From Bifidobacteriaceae bacterium (GTDB lineage: Bacteria > Actinomycetota > Actinomycetes > Actinomycetales > WQXJ01): a DNA stretch of 64,000 bases. Under the pieces are notes generated by a model. The model did not search any database. It saw only the letters and a program-made list of their open reading frames with translations, and was not told the DNA's origin. How positions within the stretch are numbered: the first letter of the stretch is position 1; each line of letters opens with the position of its first letter. Both the position numbers and the translations under genes were made by a program. This document shows positions 49,687 through 60,096 of this stretch, in pieces. The DNA is taken from positions 3,408 through 67,407 of the forward strand of contig JAITJZ010000044.1 in the NCBI GenBank assembly GCA_031278655.1, read 5' to 3'.

Positions 49687-49995
49687 GTGATTTGGGGCGG
49701 CCAGGAGGTTGTCCTCGTCGAACCGGGCGTCGTGGATGCGGCACAGCCCGGATGTGTGAGAGGATCGCAGCTGCGGGATGCCTCCTTTTCCTGGGTCGAT
49801 GCTGACTTGAGCATCACTATTCTCCCAGGCCAGGGAGGCATTTCCCGGTTAAGCGGGCCGCCGCCGGCAGACCGGGACCGGCGGGTTCGGGCCAAGTGGG
49901 ATTGACTGGGAGGAGGGACCGTGGGCGGACGTTTGAGCGTGGTCTTGGGAGGGCGTCGCGCCCGGGCCGGGGGCGAAGTGGCGGTGGCGGTGTGA
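49687..49995 (+). pseudogene. Minimal nucleotidyltransferase (MNT/MntA-like) gene interrupted by an in-frame TGA
   Basis: NTase signature hG[GS]x10Dh[DE]h is present as RGSQLRDASFSWVDADLSI. An in-frame stop sits at 49903-49905. The same frame then continues LGGGTVGGRLSVVLGG... to TGA 49993-49995, which overlaps the GTG of the downstream HEPN-like ORF (GTGA). Confidence 0.4.
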
Positions 49996-50354
49996 GCCAG
50001 GCCCGGCTCCGGTTGGCGCAGGTGGTCCAGGTCTGCGACAGGCTCGCCCAGTTGGTGTCCGGGATGTCCGAGGAGGAGTTCCTGGGCTCCGTGTTGTCCC
50101 AGAGCATGACCGCCCGGCAGTTGGAGGCGCTGGGCGCGGCCGGGCGGGAGGCGCTGGTCGCCGAGGCCGCCGACATCGATTTGGCCCCGCTGCGCGAAGA
50201 CTTGACGAAGGCCCACACGCTGGGCGCCATGTTGCTGCGCCAGTACTTCGCGGTCGACCCGTTGGTGATCTGGGACGCAGCCGTCACCGGCGCGCCGCGC
50301 CTGCGTTCGCTGGCGTTGGCCGCGCTGGCCCGCAGCGCGCAAAGGGACGCCTGA
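49992..50354 (+). CDS. HepT/DUF86 (HEPN)-like protein with a degenerate Rx4HxY motif
   Basis: 120 aa from GTG 49992 (the ORF opens at 49896). DUF86-like layout: LAQVVQVCDRLAQLVSGMSEEEFL, ARQLEALGAAG, LGAMLLRQYFAVDPLVIWDAAVTGAPRL. Confidence 0.55.
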   Translation: MSQARLRLAQVVQVCDRLAQLVSGMSEEEFLGSVLSQSMTARQLEALGAAGREALVAEAADIDLAPLREDLTKAHTLGAMLLRQYFAVDPLVIWDAAVTGAPRLRSLALAALARSAQRDA

Positions 50355-50528
50355 ACCCTCGCGGACGGCCGCCCGAAAACCCCGGGGCGGACCATCGTCC
50401 CGCCCCAAGCGCGCCGCAGTCCTCGCAGAACCCGCTAGAGTGGGTCTTTGGGCCTGGTCTAGCCCCGCGAACAGCGCAGGCGCGCGGCCGAGCCCCGAAA
50501 ACTCAACCACCCCAAAAGGAGCCACATC

Positions 50529-51575
50529 TTGTCAACTATGAAGGCGATCCAGCTTGTCAGCCCCGGCCAATGGCCGCAGTTGCGGGAAGTTCCCGTCCCC
50601 CGGCCGGGACCCGGCCAAGTCCTGCTCAAAGTCACCGCCGCCGGGCTCTGCCACAGCGACATCGCCGTCATGGAGAGCTACGCCGAGGAACTCGGCTACC
50701 CCCTGCCGATGACCCTTGGCCACGAGTGCGCGGGGATCGTCATAGACGCCGGCGAGGGCGTGAAACACCTGGTCACCATGGGTGAGCCAGTGCTGGTCTA
50801 CGGACCTTGGGGCTGCGGGCGTTGCCGCCAGTGCGCCGAGGGCTACGAGAACTACTGCTACAACGCCGCCGAGCGGAACATCACCCCGCCCGGGCTGGGA
50901 CACGACGGCGGCGCCGCCGAATACATGCTGGTCGACCGCGCCCGCTATTTGGTGCCGATCCAGGACCTCGACCCGGTCAAAGCCGTGCCGCTGACGGACG
51001 CCGCGCTGACGCCGTACCACGCCCTCCAGCACTCGCGCTCGAAGCTCGACGCCAACTCGTACGCGGTCGTGTTCGGGATTGGCGGCCTGGGCCACACCGC
51101 CATCCAGTTGATCAAGCACCTGACCCCGGCGCAGGTGATCGCCCTGGACGTGTCGGAGCGGCACCTCGAGTTGGCCCGCCAGGTCGGCGCCGACTACGCC
51201 GTCAAGTCCGATGACGCCGCCGTCGAATTGGTTCAAGACCTGACGCATGGGTTGGGGGCAGAGGTCGTGTTCGACTTCGTCGGCGTCCAGGCCTCGATCG
51301 ACTTGGGGGCCAAGCTGACCAAGGTGCGTGGCGACTGGAACATTGTTGGGATCGGCGGCGGCAAGGCCACCGTCGGCTTCGGCGCCGTGCCCTACGAATG
51401 CAATGTCTTCGCGCCCTACTGGGGCACTCGCGGCGACCTTTACGATGTCGTGGCGCTGGCCCGCCGCGGGGTGATCGAGATCCACACCGAGGATTACCGC
51501 CTTGACCAGGGCGTCGACGCTTACAAGCGGCTTCACTCCGGCGAAGTGATAGGGCGGGCGGTGCTCAGGCCCTGA
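50529..51575 (+). CDS. Zinc-dependent alcohol dehydrogenase family oxidoreductase
   Basis: 348 aa. [15 protein letters not shown], the structural-Zn cluster [15 protein letters not shown] and the Rossmann motif [12 protein letters not shown] 50529 lies 7 nt after AAGGAG; ATG 50538 is an alternative. Confidence 0.9.
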   Translation: MSTMKAIQLVSPGQWPQLREVPVPRPGPGQVLLKVTAAGLCHSDIAVMESYAEELGYPLPMTLGHECAGIVIDAGEGVKHLVTMGEPVLVYGPWGCGRCRQCAEGYENYCYNAAERNITPPGLGHDGGAAEYMLVDRARYLVPIQDLDPVKAVPLTDAALTPYHALQHSRSKLDANSYAVVFGIGGLGHTAIQLIKHLTPAQVIALDVSERHLELARQVGADYAVKSDDAAVELVQDLTHGLGAEVVFDFVGVQASIDLGAKLTKVRGDWNIVGIGGGKATVGFGAVPYECNVFAPYWGTRGDLYDVVALARRGVIEIHTEDYRLDQGVDAYKRLHSGEVIGRAVLRP

Positions 51576-51658
51576 TCCCGCCCGCGGCGCTGGGGGCGGC
51601 CGGCTCTCAGGGCGGTCGGATTCAGCCGCTGAGGCTGATGCCGAGGAGCGGTCTTAGG

Positions 51659-52600
51659 ATGGACGGCGTGTCAGTCGTCAAAGGCCGGGTCTTCGCCATG
51701 CGGCCGGTCCCCCAGTCCATCGCCCGCCCGGAGTATGTCGGCAAATCCCAGCCCGATTCGGAGCCGTGGCCCGGCTCGGAGGTCAAGGACCCCGCCACGA
51801 TCGAACGGGTTCGGCGCGCCTCGCGCCTGGCCGCCGACGCCCTGGCCGAGGTCGGCCGCCACGTGGCGCCGGGCGTGACCACGGACCACCTCGACGGCAT
51901 CGGGCACCAATACCTGATCGAGCGCGGCGCCTACCCCTCGACGCTGGGCTACCGCGGCTACCCGAAGTCGCTGTGCACCTCGATCAACGAGGTCATCTGC
52001 CACGGCATCCCGGACTCGACGGTGATCGCGGACGGGGACATCGTCAACGTCGACATCACCGCCTATGTGGACGGCGTGCACGGGGACACCAACGCGACCT
52101 TCCTGGCCGGGGCCGTGGACGAGGAGTCGCGCCTGCTGGTGGAGCGCACTCGCGAAGCCCTGGCCCGCGGCATCAGGGCGGTCAAGCCGGGGCGGGCGGT
52201 CAACGTGATCGGGCGCGTCATCGAGTCCTACGCCAAACGCTTCGGCTACGGCGTAATCCGCGACTACACCGGGCACGGGGTGGCCGAGGCCTTCCACTCC
52301 GGCCTGGTCATCCCCCATTACGACGCCGCGCCGCGGTTCGACGACGTCATCGAGGTCGGCATGGTCTTCACCATCGAGCCGATGCTGGCCTTGGGCACCC
52401 ACGACTGGCGGCTGTGGGACGACGGCTGGACGGTGGTGACGGCGGACCTGAGGCGGTCGGCGCAGTTCGAGCACACCATCGCGGTGACGCCCGATGGCGC
52501 CGAGATTTTGACGCTGCCCACGAACGCTGGCGCCGGGGCTGGTTTTGGGGACGCCTCTGGCGGGGTCGGCTCTCCCGCCCGCGCGGCGATCTGGCTCTGA
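51659..52600 (+). CDS. map: Type I methionine aminopeptidase (actinobacterial N-extended form)
   Basis: [16 protein letters not shown]-terminal extension. Metal ligands in the contexts [30 protein letters not shown] and FEHT. Start uncertain (51638, 51659 or 51698). Confidence 0.9.
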   Translation: MDGVSVVKGRVFAMRPVPQSIARPEYVGKSQPDSEPWPGSEVKDPATIERVRRASRLAADALAEVGRHVAPGVTTDHLDGIGHQYLIERGAYPSTLGYRGYPKSLCTSINEVICHGIPDSTVIADGDIVNVDITAYVDGVHGDTNATFLAGAVDEESRLLVERTREALARGIRAVKPGRAVNVIGRVIESYAKRFGYGVIRDYTGHGVAEAFHSGLVIPHYDAAPRFDDVIEVGMVFTIEPMLALGTHDWRLWDDGWTVVTADLRRSAQFEHTIAVTPDGAEILTLPTNAGAGAGFGDASGGVGSPARAAIWL

Positions 52601-52788
52601 CGCCGCCCCGACGGGCGCGGACGGGACGCTCGCGTGGCTTTTTGATTGGGCTCATCCCCGGGTAGGAGGCCCCCGGGCCGGGCCTGCGACCGCAGGCGCT
52701 TGCGGGCGCCCGAAAGGATGAGCGCCCACGATCCGAAATCATCGGGCGGACGGACGCGTTCGGGCCGGTGGAGGCGGATCGTTGAGAC

Positions 52789-52935
52789 ATGATAAAAGAC
52801 CAAGGCACGCGCGTGTGGCTGGGGCACCTGGCCGCCGTCGGCGCCGGTCTGGGGGGCCTGGTCTTGGTGGCCCACCTGGCAGCTGGCGCCCTCGGGGGGC
52901 TGGTCATCGCGACGCTGTCGAGCCTGATGCCGTGA
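52789..52935 (+). CDS. Candidate 48-aa hydrophobic small protein
   Basis: MIKDQGTRVWLGHLAAVGAGLGGLVLVAHLAAGALGGLVIATLSSLMP. Below the 60-aa cutoff of the ORF track. Third codon positions are almost all G/C, as in real genes here. Only a distant GGAGG lies upstream (14 nt). Confidence 0.3.
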   Translation: MIKDQGTRVWLGHLAAVGAGLGGLVLVAHLAAGALGGLVIATLSSLMP

Positions 52936-53016
52936 CACGTCGGCTGGGAGGCGGCAGCGGGGACGCGGGCGCGGGCTTGCGGGCGCGCCCCCGGCGGTTG
53001 AGTTAGGATCGCCGTC

Positions 53017-53712
53017 ATGTCTCAACCGATGACCGCCCAGTTGAAGAACCACATCCAATCAACCCATCTCGACGCGCTCCGCTTCCGCCGCGCCATCAAG
53101 GACTTCGACCCCGACCGGCAGGTCGACCCGGCCGACTTCGACTTCATCTGTCAAGCCGCCCGCCTGGCGCCCAGCTCCAACGGCCTGGAGCCCTGGAACA
53201 TCATTGTGCTGCGCGGCCCCAGGCTGCGGGCCGAGTTCGTCCGGCGCACCGGCGCCCGCCCGGAGCAGGCCGCCCAAGCCTCGCATCTGGTGGCCATCAC
53301 GGCCAAGACCGCCAAAGGGATCGACCCGGACGGCGATTACCTGGCCCACATCGGGGCCACCGTCCTGGGCATGTCGCCGGAGGCGATCGCCGCCTGGCGG
53401 GTGCGGTTCAAGACCTTCTTGACGGAGCGGATCGGCCTTTACGGCGACGATGCCGCCATGTTCGGTTACGCCGCCCGCCAGGCCTATCTGGCCCTGGAGA
53501 ACATGCTGGTGGCGGCCGCCATGATCGAGGTCGACTCCTGCCCGCTGGAGGGCATGCGCTACTCCGAGGCCACGGCGGTGCTGGCCGAGGCCGGCTTGAT
53601 CGACCCAACCACCGACGCCTTCGCGGTCGCGGCCGTGTTCGGTTACCGGTCGGCCGATCCGAAACGCCCGCAGACCCGCCGGCCCCTGGAGGAGGTCGTG
53701 CGCTGGGCCTGA
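53017..53712 (+). CDS. Nitroreductase family NAD(P)H-flavin oxidoreductase
   Basis: 231 aa. RRAIKDFDPDRQV, APSSNGLEPWNIIVL and a C-terminal RRPLEEVVRW. Confidence 0.85.
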   Translation: MSQPMTAQLKNHIQSTHLDALRFRRAIKDFDPDRQVDPADFDFICQAARLAPSSNGLEPWNIIVLRGPRLRAEFVRRTGARPEQAAQASHLVAITAKTAKGIDPDGDYLAHIGATVLGMSPEAIAAWRVRFKTFLTERIGLYGDDAAMFGYAARQAYLALENMLVAAAMIEVDSCPLEGMRYSEATAVLAEAGLIDPTTDAFAVAAVFGYRSADPKRPQTRRPLEEVVRWA

Positions 53713-53784
53713 GGCCCGGCGCTGGGAGTCTCCAGACGGCATCGGGCAACGTCCCCGGCCGTCGCGCCAACCGCGGGCGCGGCG

Positions 53785-54633
53785 TCAGATGCGTGCGGCC
53801 TTGATCTCGGTCACCAGGATGCCGCGGGCGCCGACCTCGTAAAGGCGATCCATCAACTCGTTGGTGGCGCGGGCGGGGACCACCGCCCGGACGGCCGCCC
53901 AACCCTTGTTGTGCAGCGGCGAGACGGTTGGGCTCTCAAGGCCCGGCGTGATCGAGACGGCGCGCTCGACGGCGCCGATGGGCACGTCGTAATCCATCAA
54001 CACGTACTGCGAGGCGACCAGGACGCCTTGGAGGCGGCGCGTCAACCGGTCCAGGCCGTCCGAGTCGACCAGTCCCCGGCGGCGGCGGATCAACACCGCC
54101 TCTGACTCCAGCAGCGGCTCGCCGAAGACGGCCAGGCCCGCCGCCCTGAGCGTGGTCCCGGTCGAGACGACATCGGCGATGGCGTCCGCGACCCCGAGTT
54201 GGATCGCGCTCTCGACCGCGCCGTCCAGGCGCACAACTTCCGCCTCGACGCCGCGCTCCTTCAGGTAATCCCCCACCAGCACCGGGTAGGACGTGGCCAC
54301 GCGCTTGCCGGACAGGTCCGCCACGCCCGCCGCCGCCCCGGCCCTGGCCGCGAACCGGAAAGTCGAGCGGCCGAAGCCCAGCCCCAGGTGCTCCACGGCC
54401 GCGGCGCCGGAATCCAGCAGCAGGTCGCGCCCGGTGATGCCGGCGTCGACAGTGCCAGAGCCCACATAGACGGCGATGTCGCGCGGCCGCAGATAGAAGA
54501 ACTCGACGTCCGAGGCGGGGTCCATGAGGACCAGTTCGCGCGACTCGCGCCGCTGCGCGTAGCCGCAGTCGCGCAGCATCTGGACGGCGGACTCGCTCAG
54601 GGAGCCCTTGTTGGGCACGGCGATCTTCAGCAT
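53785..54633 (-). CDS. hisG: ATP phosphoribosyltransferase (long form)
   Basis: 282 aa. [35 protein letters not shown] and a C-terminal regulatory domain. Confidence 0.95.
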   Translation of the reverse strand: MLKIAVPNKGSLSESAVQMLRDCGYAQRRESRELVLMDPASDVEFFYLRPRDIAVYVGSGTVDAGITGRDLLLDSGAAAVEHLGLGFGRSTFRFAARAGAAAGVADLSGKRVATSYPVLVGDYLKERGVEAEVVRLDGAVESAIQLGVADAIADVVSTGTTLRAAGLAVFGEPLLESEAVLIRRRRGLVDSDGLDRLTRRLQGVLVASQYVLMDYDVPIGAVERAVSITPGLESPTVSPLHNKGWAAVRAVVPARATNELMDRLYEVGARGILVTEIKAARI

Positions 54634-54896
54634 CAGAGCCTCTCGTAGACCTTCGCCAGCGGCACGCCCCGCGCCACCAGCAGCAGTTGCAGGTGATAGA
54701 TCAGTTGCGAGGCTTCGAGGGCGAGTTGTTCGTCTGACTCGTGTTCGGCGGCGATCCAGGTCTCGCCCGCCTCCTCGATCAGTTTCTTGCCGATGGCGTG
54801 GACCCCGGCGTCCAGCAGCGCCACCGACCCGGAGCCGGCCGGCCGCCGCGCGGCCCGCCCCAACAATTCCTCATACAACTCGTCAAACGTCTTCAC
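54633..54896 (-). CDS. hisE: Phosphoribosyl-ATP diphosphatase
   Basis: 87 aa. [11 protein letters not shown]..., [15 protein letters not shown] and [13 protein letters not shown]. Its stop abuts the hisG start. Confidence 0.93.
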   Translation of the reverse strand: MKTFDELYEELLGRAARRPAGSGSVALLDAGVHAIGKKLIEEAGETWIAAEHESDEQLALEASQLIYHLQLLLVARGVPLAKVYERL

Positions 54897-54970
54897 AAGT
54901 GTCCAAGCCTAGCGCCGCGCGGCGGCGGCACGGCGCGGCGCGGCGGCGGCGCGGCGGCGGCGCGGCGGGA

Positions 54971-55498
54971 TCAGGCGGTGGGCGCGGGCCGGATTGCGAG
55001 CATCGCCAGGACGGCCTGGGCGGCTTCGCCGCCCTTGTCCTCGCGGGCGCCCTCGAGGCCGGCGCGATCAAACGCCTCGGCTTCGTTGTCGCAGGTCAGG
55101 ACACCGAAGCCGACCGGCTTGGCGGTCTCGATGGCCACCTGCGTCAGCCCGGACGAGGCGGCCTGGCAAACGTATTCGAAGTGAGGCGTGCCGCCCCGGA
55201 TGACCACGCCCAAGGCCACGGCCGCGTCGGCGGCCGCCGCCCCGCCAACGCCAACGCCAACGCCGCCACCACCACCGGTCAGCGCCCATTTCGCGGCCAG
55301 CGGCAACTCGAAAGCCCCCGGCACACGGGTGACCGTGAATTCGGCCCCGGCCGCCTCCAGCGCCCGCGCCGCCCCGGCCACCAGCCCGTCCATGACCGCG
55401 GCGTGCCACAGCGACGCCACCACGGCGACCCGCCAAGGCCGCCCCGTGACAGGGTCGCGCCCATCGGACGGCAAGACAGGCGCGCCGCCGCCGGCCAT
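54971..55498 (-). CDS. ribH: 6,7-dimethyl-8-ribityllumazine synthase
   Basis: 175 aa. [20 protein letters not shown] and GVLTCDN. Contains a Gly/Val-rich insertion. Confidence 0.93.
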   Translation of the reverse strand: MAGGGAPVLPSDGRDPVTGRPWRVAVVASLWHAAVMDGLVAGAARALEAAGAEFTVTRVPGAFELPLAAKWALTGGGGGVGVGVGGAAAADAAVALGVVIRGGTPHFEYVCQAASSGLTQVAIETAKPVGFGVLTCDNEAEAFDRAGLEGAREDKGGEAAQAVLAMLAIRPAPTA

Positions 55499-56754
55499 CA
55501 GCGACCGCCCCCGCCGAGGCTCAGATTGTGCCCCAGGCGCTGCGCCTTGGTGTCCAAGTACTCCGAGTTGTGCCGCGTGCGGCCGACCTCCAAACGTTCG
55601 ACCGTGTCGACTCGCACGCCTAGGGCCGTCAGGCCCTCGACCTTGGCCGGGTTGTTGGTCAGGAGCACGATCGGCTCCAGGCCCAAGTCCTTGATGATCG
55701 CCGCCGCCGCGCCGTACTCGCGCCGATCCACCGGCCAGCCCAGTTCCAGGTTGGCCTGAACCGTGTCGCGCCCGCGATCCTGCAAGGCGTAGGCGTCGAT
55801 CTTGGCCTTCAGCCCGATCCCCCGCCCCTCATGGCCGGCCAGGTAGATGACGGCGCCGCCCTCGGCCGCCGCCCGCTCCAGCGCCGCCGCCAACTGGGCG
55901 CCGCAGTCGCAGCGTTCGGAGCCGAAGGCGTCCCCGGTCAGGCATTCGGAGTGGACCCGCACCACCCGCCCCGGCCGCGAGCGCGCCACCAGCGCCACGT
56001 GCTCCTGCCCGGTGCGCAGGTCCCGGTAGCCGCAGATGTCGAAGTCCCCGTGGGCGGTCGGCAAGAACGCCCGCCCGGTGGCCACCACCCTTTTGGCCTC
56101 GCCGGTGTCCGATGCCGTCGCCTCGCCCTCTGAGGGCACGTCGCCTTGGGCTCGCCGCCAGGCGATCAGGTCCGCGATCGTCAACAGCACCAGCCCGTCG
56201 CGCCGGGCGATGGCGGCCGAGTCGGCCAGGCGCATCATCGAGCCGTCCTCGCGCACCATCTCGGCTATGGCCGCCACCTGCGGCAAACCGGCCAGCCGGC
56301 AAAGGTCGACGGCCGCCTCGGTGTGCCCGCCGCGGTGCAGGACGCCTCCGGGCACGGCCCGCAGCGGCAGGACGTGGCCGGGCCGGATGAGGTCGCCGGC
56401 GCCGGAGGCCGGGTCGGCCAAGACCCGCAGGGTGGTGGCGCGGTCCGCCGCCGAGATGCCGGTGGTGACGCCGCTGGCGGCGTCGACGGTGACGGTGTAG
56501 GCGGTCCGGCGCGGGTCCTGCGAGTTCGGCACCATCAGCGGCAAGTTGAGGGCGTCGGCGCGCTCGCCCGTCATCGGCGCGCAGAGGTAACCCGACGAGT
56601 GCCGGATGATCCAGGCGATCCAAGCCGGGTCGACGTTGTGGGCGGCGATCACCGCGTCGGCCTCGTTCTCGCGGTCGGCGTCATCGGCCACCAAAACGGG
56701 CCGGCCGGCCTTGATGGCTTCGAGCGCCTGCTCGACGGTGCCTGTGCGGATCAA
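55498..56754 (-). CDS. ribBA: Bifunctional 3,4-dihydroxy-2-butanone-4-phosphate synthase / GTP cyclohydrolase II
   Basis: 418 aa. [17 protein letters not shown] and the cyclohydrolase II Zn site [18 protein letters not shown]. Confidence 0.95.
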   Translation of the reverse strand: MIRTGTVEQALEAIKAGRPVLVADDADRENEADAVIAAHNVDPAWIAWIIRHSSGYLCAPMTGERADALNLPLMVPNSQDPRRTAYTVTVDAASGVTTGISAADRATTLRVLADPASGAGDLIRPGHVLPLRAVPGGVLHRGGHTEAAVDLCRLAGLPQVAAIAEMVREDGSMMRLADSAAIARRDGLVLLTIADLIAWRRAQGDVPSEGEATASDTGEAKRVVATGRAFLPTAHGDFDICGYRDLRTGQEHVALVARSRPGRVVRVHSECLTGDAFGSERCDCGAQLAAALERAAAEGGAVIYLAGHEGRGIGLKAKIDAYALQDRGRDTVQANLELGWPVDRREYGAAAAIIKDLGLEPIVLLTNNPAKVEGLTALGVRVDTVERLEVGRTRHNSEYLDTKAQRLGHNLSLGGGGR

Positions 56755-57314
56755 CGCGCGACCAGCCTCTCCAGGTACTTGGCCACGACATCGACCTCAA
56801 GATTCACCGTGTCGCCTATCTTCAACCCGCCCAGATTGGTGCCCGCCAGCGTGGCCGGTATGAGGCAGACGCTGAAGACCGTCTCGTCCACGGCCACCAC
56901 CGTCAAAGAGACGCCGTTGATCGCCACCGAGCCCTTGCGGGCGACGTATTTCGCCAGATCGTTGGGCACGGCGAAAGCCATGTTCCCGTCCTCGCGGGCG
57001 GCCAGGGCGGCCACGCCATCGACGTGGCCCTGGACCAGGTGCCCGCCGAGGCGGGCGTCGGCCCGCAGCGACCGTTCCAAGTTCACCGGCCAGCCCGGCG
57101 CCAATGATCCAAGGTTGGTGCGGCGCAGGGTCTCGGCGGTGACATCGGCCCCGAAACTCGACCCGTCGAAGTCCGTCACGGTCAGGCAGACGCCGTTGAC
57201 GGCGATCGAATCGCCCGCCTTGGCGTCCTCAAGGACCGTGCGGCATTCGACGGCCAAACGCGAGGGCGTCGCCTCTAGGACGCGGCCGACTTCCTCAACC
57301 AAACCAGTGAACAT
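56751..57314 (-). CDS. ribE: Riboflavin synthase
   Basis: 187 aa. MFTGLVEEVG, with duplicated NGVCLTV / NGVSLTV barrels. Confidence 0.93.
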   Translation of the reverse strand: MFTGLVEEVGRVLEATPSRLAVECRTVLEDAKAGDSIAVNGVCLTVTDFDGSSFGADVTAETLRRTNLGSLAPGWPVNLERSLRADARLGGHLVQGHVDGVAALAAREDGNMAFAVPNDLAKYVARKGSVAINGVSLTVVAVDETVFSVCLIPATLAGTNLGGLKIGDTVNLEVDVVAKYLERLVAR

Positions 57315-57316
57315 GG

Positions 57317-58324
57317 CTACCTTCCGAACTCGATGAACACGTCATCCCCGATGCGCTCCAAACGCCGGGTGCGCCAGCGCAGCGCCTGGTCAACCGACTC
57401 TATGCCCAAAGGGCCGATCACTCCCAACCCGCCGCCGCCCAGCAGCGCCGGCGCCACGTAGGCGTCGATCTGGTTGACCAGCCCCGCACGCACAAAGGCG
57501 GTCGCCAAAGTCGGGCCGCCTTCGATGAGCACGTGCTTGACCTCGTGCCCGGCCAGTTGCCGCAGCACCTGGGCCGGGTCGTGGGTGCGCAGGTGCAGAT
57601 ATTCGGGGGCGGCGATGGCCCGCTCCCCGACCACCACCCGCAGCGGTTGGTGCTCGCAGAGCGAGCCGTCGGCGTGGCGCGCTGTCAGCTTCGGCCGGTC
57701 GGCCAGGAAGGTGCCGGTCCCGACCACGATGGCGTCGACCTCGGCCCGCTTCAGGTGCGAGTGGCGGCGCGCGGCGGCGCCGGTGATCCATTGCGACGAG
57801 CCGTCGGCGGCGGCCGCCCGGCCGTCCAAACTGGTCGCCAGTTTGAGGCTGACATAGGGCCGGCCGGTGCGCACGGCGTGGACCCAGGCCCGGTTGAGGG
57901 CGATGGCGCGGGCCGGGTCGGCGTCCGACTCGACCTCGACGCCGCGGTCCGCCAGGTAGGGCCCGCCGCCGGTGGCGACCGGGTTCGGGTCGGTCAGGGC
58001 GTAAACCACGCGGCCGATCCCAGCCTGTTCCAGCGCCCGGCTGCACGGCCGGGTGCGGCCATGGTGGTTGCAGGGCTCCAAAGTGACATAAGCGGTGGCG
58101 CCACGCGGGCTCAAACCGCGCCGCGCGGCATCGTCCAGGGCGGCGACCTCGGCGTGGGCGGTCCCGGCACCCTGGTGCGAGCCCTCCCCGACGAGCCCGC
58201 CGCGCCGCCCCACGATCACGCAGCCGACCCTCGGGTTGGGGCCGTGCTTCGGCCCCGACTCGGCCAGCGTGAAGGCCCGGTCCAGTGCGTCTTCCGGTTT
58301 CAGGGCCGGCTCTGGCGCGCTCAA
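57317..58324 (-). CDS. ribD: Bifunctional diaminohydroxyphosphoribosylaminopyrimidine deaminase / 5-amino-6-(5-phosphoribosylamino)uracil reductase
   Basis: 335 aa. Deaminase Zn site HAEVAAL...[14 protein letters not shown]. Reductase half KLATSLDGR. Confidence 0.93.
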   Translation of the reverse strand: MSAPEPALKPEDALDRAFTLAESGPKHGPNPRVGCVIVGRRGGLVGEGSHQGAGTAHAEVAALDDAARRGLSPRGATAYVTLEPCNHHGRTRPCSRALEQAGIGRVVYALTDPNPVATGGGPYLADRGVEVESDADPARAIALNRAWVHAVRTGRPYVSLKLATSLDGRAAAADGSSQWITGAAARRHSHLKRAEVDAIVVGTGTFLADRPKLTARHADGSLCEHQPLRVVVGERAIAAPEYLHLRTHDPAQVLRQLAGHEVKHVLIEGGPTLATAFVRAGLVNQIDAYVAPALLGGGGLGVIGPLGIESVDQALRWRTRRLERIGDDVFIEFGR

Positions 58325-58995
58325 CGGGCCGCCTCCCGCAGGGCGCGGATCTCGGCGGCCGGGTCCTCGGCGCCGAACACCGCCGAGCCGGCCACGATCA
58401 GGTCGGCCCCGGCCCGGGCGATCCGGCCGATGGTCCGGCGGTCGGCCCCGCCGTCGATCTGCAGCCTGATCGGCCGGTCGGCGATCAACGCCTTGGCTTG
58501 GGCCAGCTTCGCCAGCGAGCGCTCGATGAAGCTCTGCCCGCCGAAGCCCGGCTCGACGGACATGATCAGGATCATGTCGACCTCCTCCAGGAGGTTCTCC
58601 AGCGCCGCCACCGGCGTGGCCGGGTTGATGGCGACAGCCGCCCGGGCGCCCTCGCCCCGGATGGCCCGCGCCAGGCGCACCGGCGCCCGCGCCGCCTCCA
58701 GGTGGAAGGTGACCGAATCGACCCCGGCGCCCGCGTACCCGGGCGCGAAGGCGTCCGGGTTGTCGATCATCAGGTGCACATCGGTCGGCAGGGGGCTGAT
58801 CGCCGCCAGCCGGCGGATGACCGGCAGGCCGATGCTCAGATTTGGCACGAAGTGCCCGTCCATCACATCCAGGTGAACCCAGTCGGCGCTGGCGATTCGC
58901 CCCAGTTCACGCTCCAGATTGGCGAAATCAGCCGTCAGGATCGACGGTGCTATCTCAACTGGCACGCCAACAGGGTACCGCCCCGGGGGCCCCAA
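58321..58995 (-). CDS. rpe: Ribulose-phosphate 3-epimerase
   Basis: 224 aa. [32 protein letters not shown] and IDGG. 4-nt overlap with ribD. Confidence 0.93.
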   Translation of the reverse strand: MGPPGRYPVGVPVEIAPSILTADFANLERELGRIASADWVHLDVMDGHFVPNLSIGLPVIRRLAAISPLPTDVHLMIDNPDAFAPGYAGAGVDSVTFHLEAARAPVRLARAIRGEGARAAVAINPATPVAALENLLEEVDMILIMSVEPGFGGQSFIERSLAKLAQAKALIADRPIRLQIDGGADRRTIGRIARAGADLIVAGSAVFGAEDPAAEIRALREAAR

Positions 58996-58998
58996 AGC

Positions 58999-59991
58999 TC
59001 AGCCGGTCTCAAGCGACCGGCGGACACGCCTGAGCTTGCGGTCGGAGACGACCCGCTCCCCCAGAGCCTCCGGCGTCCATTCCATCGCCTCGGCGTCATA
59101 GGCGCCGGGGGCCGGCCGCCGGCGCCGTTCCGGGGCCTTGACGCCCTGCGCCAACCGGCGCGCGCGCATCAGGAAACCGGTGTGCCCAATCATCCGGTGC
59201 TCCGGGCGCACCGCCAGCCCCTCGACGTGCCAGCCCCGGACAACCGCCTCCCACGCCTCCGGCTCGGTGAAACGCCCGTCTTGGCGCAGCGTCTCGACCA
59301 GCCGCGACAGTTGCGTCGTGGTCGCCAGGTAGGCGATCAGCACGCCGCCGGGCGCCAGCGCCCGAAAGGCCGCCGCCACGTTCTCCCAGGGCGCCAGCAT
59401 GTCGAGCACCATCCGGTCGAAGGTTTCGGCTTCAAGCCCGCGCACGATGCCGTCGAGGTCGCCCACGGCCAACGTCCAGGCCGGGTGGGGCCCGCCAAAC
59501 CAGCTTTCGACATTCGCCCTGGCGATGACCGCGAAGTCCTCCCGCCGCTCGACGCTGACCAACCGGCCCTGGTCGCCGACGGCCCGCAGCAGCGACATGG
59601 TCAGCGCCCCCGAACCGGCGCCCGCCTCGATCACCCTGGCCCCCGGATAGATGTCCGCCATCTGCACGATCTGCCCGGCGTCCTTGGGGTAGACGACGGC
59701 GGCGCCGCGCGGCATCGACAGCACGAAGTCCGCCAGCAGCGGGCGCATGGCGACGTATTGGCGGCCCTCGCTGGTCGCCACCACGCTTCCCTCCGGCGCG
59801 CCGATCAGCTCGTCGTGGCTGAACGAGCCCCGGTGCGAATGAAAAGTCTGCCCCGCCGCCAGCACAATCGTGTTCAGCCGGCCGCGGGTGTCCGCCAGTT
59901 GCACGCGGTCGCCGGCCCGGAAGGGGCCGCGCCTTTGGGCGGCCCCGGTCGCTTCGCTCACAGGCGTCCACTTTACTTGGGCGGGCGGCAT
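58999..59991 (-). CDS. trmI: tRNA (adenine(58)-N1)-methyltransferase
   Basis: ORF 58999..60270 trimmed to ATG 59991 (GTG 59961 is an alternative). The longer form overlaps the purT 5' end. [13 protein letters not shown]..., [11 protein letters not shown], and the SAM motif [12 protein letters not shown]. Confidence 0.85.
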   Translation of the reverse strand: MPPAQVKWTPVSEATGAAQRRGPFRAGDRVQLADTRGRLNTIVLAAGQTFHSHRGSFSHDELIGAPEGSVVATSEGRQYVAMRPLLADFVLSMPRGAAVVYPKDAGQIVQMADIYPGARVIEAGAGSGALTMSLLRAVGDQGRLVSVERREDFAVIARANVESWFGGPHPAWTLAVGDLDGIVRGLEAETFDRMVLDMLAPWENVAAAFRALAPGGVLIAYLATTTQLSRLVETLRQDGRFTEPEAWEAVVRGWHVEGLAVRPEHRMIGHTGFLMRARRLAQGVKAPERRRRPAPGAYDAEAMEWTPEALGERVVSDRKLRRVRRSLETG

Positions 59992-60096
59992 CGGAACCTG
60001 GCCCGGACGCGAACCGGCCCCGCCCCGCCGGACCCGGCCCCGCGCGAAGCGGTGTTGAATAGGGGGCGAAAACACCGCCAACCCTGGAAGGCCCTC

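Noticed and set aside
49131-50525. 464-aa minus-strand ORF covering the msrAB 5' end and the MNT/HEPN-like region
   Set aside because: It overlaps msrAB out of frame, is Arg/Pro/Gly-rich without motifs, and is better explained by the plus-strand DUF86-like ORF and non-coding sequence.
58996-59000. FMN riboswitch expected upstream of the riboflavin operon
   Set aside because: There is no leader space. ribD overlaps rpe by 4 nt, rpe starts 3 nt after the trmI stop, and the other rib junctions are 0-4 nt. I saw no FMN-element-like sequence in the window.
58285-60096. N-terminal ~600 aa of the 1028-aa ORF that ends as purT
   Set aside because: This part is antisense to rpe and trmI and has no PurT similarity. 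PurT homology begins at ATG 60097 ([28 protein letters not shown]).
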